This document shows positions 62,802-64,000 of a stretch of 64,000 nt of DNA, one piece after another. The notes under the pieces were generated by a model, which was not told where the DNA came from, ran no database searches, and saw nothing but the letters and a program-made list of their open reading frames with translations. The translations under genes and the position numbers were made by a program. Positions within the stretch are counted from its first letter, which is position 1, and the number at the start of each line of letters is the position of its first letter. The DNA comes from Myxococcales bacterium (GTDB lineage: Bacteria; Myxococcota_A; Polyangia; Polyangiales; Polyangiaceae): positions 26,487 through 90,486 of the forward strand of contig JACRDA010000497.1 in assembly GCA_016212965.1 (NCBI GenBank), read 5' to 3'.

Positions 62802-63791
62802 TCACTGCACGACGTCGGCCATGCTGCGCGGATAGATCTCCTTGAACTTCGGCCCCGACGGCGGCGGCACGAAGAGGCCGAACACGCCCGTCACCGACAC
62901 GAAGGCGATCTGTCCGCCCCCGAGGCCCGTGAAGACGGCGTTCGGGAGGAAGAAGGGGCTGAGACTCACGACCTCCGAGATGCCCGCGTCGCTGAACTGT
63001 CCCGTCTCCCAGAGCCCGAAGGTCTCGAGCGGCAGGCCCGGTGTCCCGGACACCGTGTCGACCTGGATCAAGAGCGGTCCCACGTCCTGCTCGTAGGCCT
63101 GCACCGTCAGGTCCGCGAGCGTGACGCCGGTGATCGGCTGGGCCGGCAGGTTGCCGACCGTCTTGGCGCAGCCCCGGAGCTGGCTGTTCACCTGCAGGAG
63201 CAGCTCGTTCTGGGTGTCGAGGTTGTAGCGCCACGCGTGGGCGAGCACGTCGACGACGTCGTCGACCCCGACACCGGTGAAGTACTGCGCCGTCGGCCCC
63301 GAGACGAAGAGCTTGATGCCGTGGTGCGCGCCCGCGGCGAGGCTCGCGTAGCTGCTGTCGGCCTGGAGGAAGATCTGGCACGCCTGCCCGGCCACGCAGC
63401 CGTCGCGGCTCACCGCCGTCACGATGGCGTCGTTCACCCAGACCTCGGTCGGCGTCGCCGGATCGGCCTGCCAGATCTCGGGGATGGTGAGTGTCGCCAC
63501 GCCGCCGGGCTGCGCATCGCAGGTCGGCCAGGCCGCGCCCGCGCCGCCGGTGCCGCCGGCGCCACCCGGCGCGCTGCCGCCCGACGTGGTGGTCGAGCTC
63601 GTCGTCGTGCCGCCCGCGCCGCCCGTCTGGGTCGTGCTCGAGGTCGTCGTGGTCGTGGTGGTGGTCCCCGTGCTCGAGCTGTCGCTCGAGCACGCGGCGA
63701 CGAGCGCGCCGCCCGCGGCGAGACCGGCGGCGAGCGCACCGAGCAGGGCGCGGAGGCGAAGGCGAGAGGGCATGGAATTCGGGGCAGTCAT
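62802..63791 (-). CDS. Hypothetical lipoprotein with a Thr/Ser/Gly-rich linker
   Basis: ORF 62802..63791(-). It begins MTAPNSMPSRLRLRALLGALAAGLAAGGALVAAC (lipobox), followed by TTTTTTTTSSTT.. and then a ~230-aa globular domain. Confidence 0.6.
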   Translation of the reverse strand: MTAPNSMPSRLRLRALLGALAAGLAAGGALVAACSSDSSSTGTTTTTTTTSSTTQTGGAGGTTTSSTTTSGGSAPGGAGGTGGAGAAWPTCDAQPGGVATLTIPEIWQADPATPTEVWVNDAIVTAVSRDGCVAGQACQIFLQADSSYASLAAGAHHGIKLFVSGPTAQYFTGVGVDDVVDVLAHAWRYNLDTQNELLLQVNSQLRGCAKTVGNLPAQPITGVTLADLTVQAYEQDVGPLLIQVDTVSGTPGLPLETFGLWETGQFSDAGISEVVSLSPFFLPNAVFTGLGGGQIAFVSVTGVFGLFVPPPSGPKFKEIYPRSMADVVQ

Positions 63792-63881
63792 GGGTACCTC
63801 GGCGAACGGCGAAGCGGCGGGCCGCTGGCGACATCCTACGCCAAACGCGCGCTGCGCGGAGGGCGGTGATAGCCTCGAGGC

Positions 63882-64000
63882 ATGGTGCGGCTCGACGCGG
63901 CGTGTGCTTCGTTCGTGCTCGCAAGCGCGCTCTCGGGCGCGGCCCTCGGGGCGGACCCCCCGGCGCCCGTGGTCGCGTCCCCGGCAACTGCGCTGCGCGA
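63882..64000 (+). CDS. Possible secreted protein, 5' fragment only
   Basis: ATG at 63882 gives MVRLDAACASFVLASALSGAALGADPPAPVV..., which is signal-peptide-like and open to the window end. It is too short to judge further. Confidence 0.3.
   Translation, partial: MVRLDAACASFVLASALSGAALGADPPAPVVASPATALR

Overview
This is 64 kb of very GC-rich chromosome (roughly 70% or more by eye; third codon positions are almost all G/C in real genes). The content looks like Myxococcota. Supporting signs are a MYXO-CTERM-type tail, CGDG..QCDDGN disulfide repeats, a fibro-slime/PA14 domain, many lipobox lipoproteins with Cys-rich modules, and a sigma-54-like promoter.

I support about 47 CDSs. I saw no rRNA, tRNA, CRISPR array, transposase, integrase or recognisable defence gene. 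Many long ORFs in the track are antisense or out-of-frame artefacts of the GC content (Arg/Ala/Gly/Pro-rich translations) and were rejected.

Recognisable anchors:
- gatB
- ptsP (GAF-EI-Ntr)
- a PlsC-type acyltransferase
- an ADP-forming acetyl-CoA synthetase
- a CDF transporter
- an OmpA-family protein
- an FbpABC-type ferric-iron importer

Main points of interest:
1. 47100-52313: a translationally coupled operon joining fbpABC to a small Cys-bearing, C-terminally anchored protein and a radical-SAM/SPASM enzyme with a PqqD/RRE-like N-terminus. This is a candidate uncharacterised peptide/protein-modification system.
2. 22776-26666: a bacterial ERG2/sigma-1-receptor homologue lacking the eukaryotic TM helix, lying back-to-back (via a small-protein gene) with an RND/MMPL (HpnN-like) transporter, and preceded by a G-rich hexanucleotide tandem repeat.
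3. 14509-15582: a PilZ-sigma28 (FliA-type) fusion at the end of a 10-kb signalling island that includes an HD-GYP response regulator.
4. 37205-46985: a minus-strand operon of large Cys-rich secreted proteins (one MYXO-CTERM, one fused to a ThuA-like domain) followed by a transporter-HEAT-cNMP fusion.
5. 35531-36088: a Notch-like calcium-binding EGF array in a lipoprotein.

All family assignments come from reading the translations and from motif recall. No searches were run.
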